DNA from: a virus
IMG/VR virus record: IMGVR_UViG_3300031754_000002
Location: 41,859 to 105,858 of that record
DNA length: 64,000 nucleotides
Reading direction: 5' to 3' (one strand)
Made by a program: the position numbers and the translations under genes. Of the stretch, positions 63,641 to 64,000 are shown piece after piece. The notes under the pieces are model-generated. The model saw only the letters and a program-made list of their open reading frames with translations. It was not told where the DNA came from and searched no databases. The first letter of the stretch is position 1. Each line of letters opens with the position of its first letter.

Positions 63641-64000
63641 GACCCCGACCGCGACCACGACCGCGACCACGACCCGAGGACAGCCGTGCCGGTCACGACG
63701 ACCACGACCACGACCACGACCGCGACCACGACCACGACCACGACCCCGACCCCGACCGCGACCACGACCGCGACCGCGACCACGACCCCGACCGCGACCA
63801 CGACCGCGACCGCGACCACGACCACGACCGCGATCCCGACCACGACCACGACCCGAGGACAGCCGTGCCGGTCACGACGACCACGACCACGACCACGACC
63901 GCGATCCCGACCACGACCACGACCCCGACCCCGACCGCGACCACGACCGCGACCGCGACCACGACCCCGACCGCGACCTCGACCGCGACCGCGACCACGA
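63641..64000 (-). repeat. Hexamer repeat (TCG-NGG)n forming tandem 179-bp units, each encoding MTGTAVLG-(S[WRG])n
   Basis: GTGACCGGCACGGCTGTCCTCGGG starts at 63875 and 63696; each GTG overlaps the TGA of the previous unit. Confidence 0.8.

Noticed and set aside
63505-63998. Poly-Val membrane proteins from the ORF track
   Set aside because: Off-frame reading of the hexamer repeat.

Overview
High-GC phage or prophage DNA, probably actinobacterial. The host is inferred from TerS style, an Rpf-like gene and the IS types. The minus strand carries an HK97-type head and packaging module: TerS, HNH, intein-containing TerL, intein-containing portal with two lesions, prohead protease, major capsid and two fibre-like proteins. 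It also carries a replication and modification region (DnaB, two DNA methyltransferases, VRR-NUC), an RNA-repair locus (five Y-RNA/YrlA-like units, Ro60/TROVE, RtcB), lysis genes and tRNAs. Three complete cargo-carrying IS elements (two IS1 family, one IS1595 family, each with an 8-bp target duplication) and one truncated IS1 copy interrupt the genome. The most striking feature is a plus-strand cassette wedged between portal and prohead protease (about 6067-7870). It holds a lone Cas7/RAMP-like gene with no other cas genes and no classical CRISPR. The gene is flanked on both sides by non-coding arrays of units GAC-(NNNNC)6-8-NNYC with strict 5-nt phasing. This looks like a minimal RNA-guided system using a gapped or periodic guide code. 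All family assignments come from motif recognition by eye; no searches were run.
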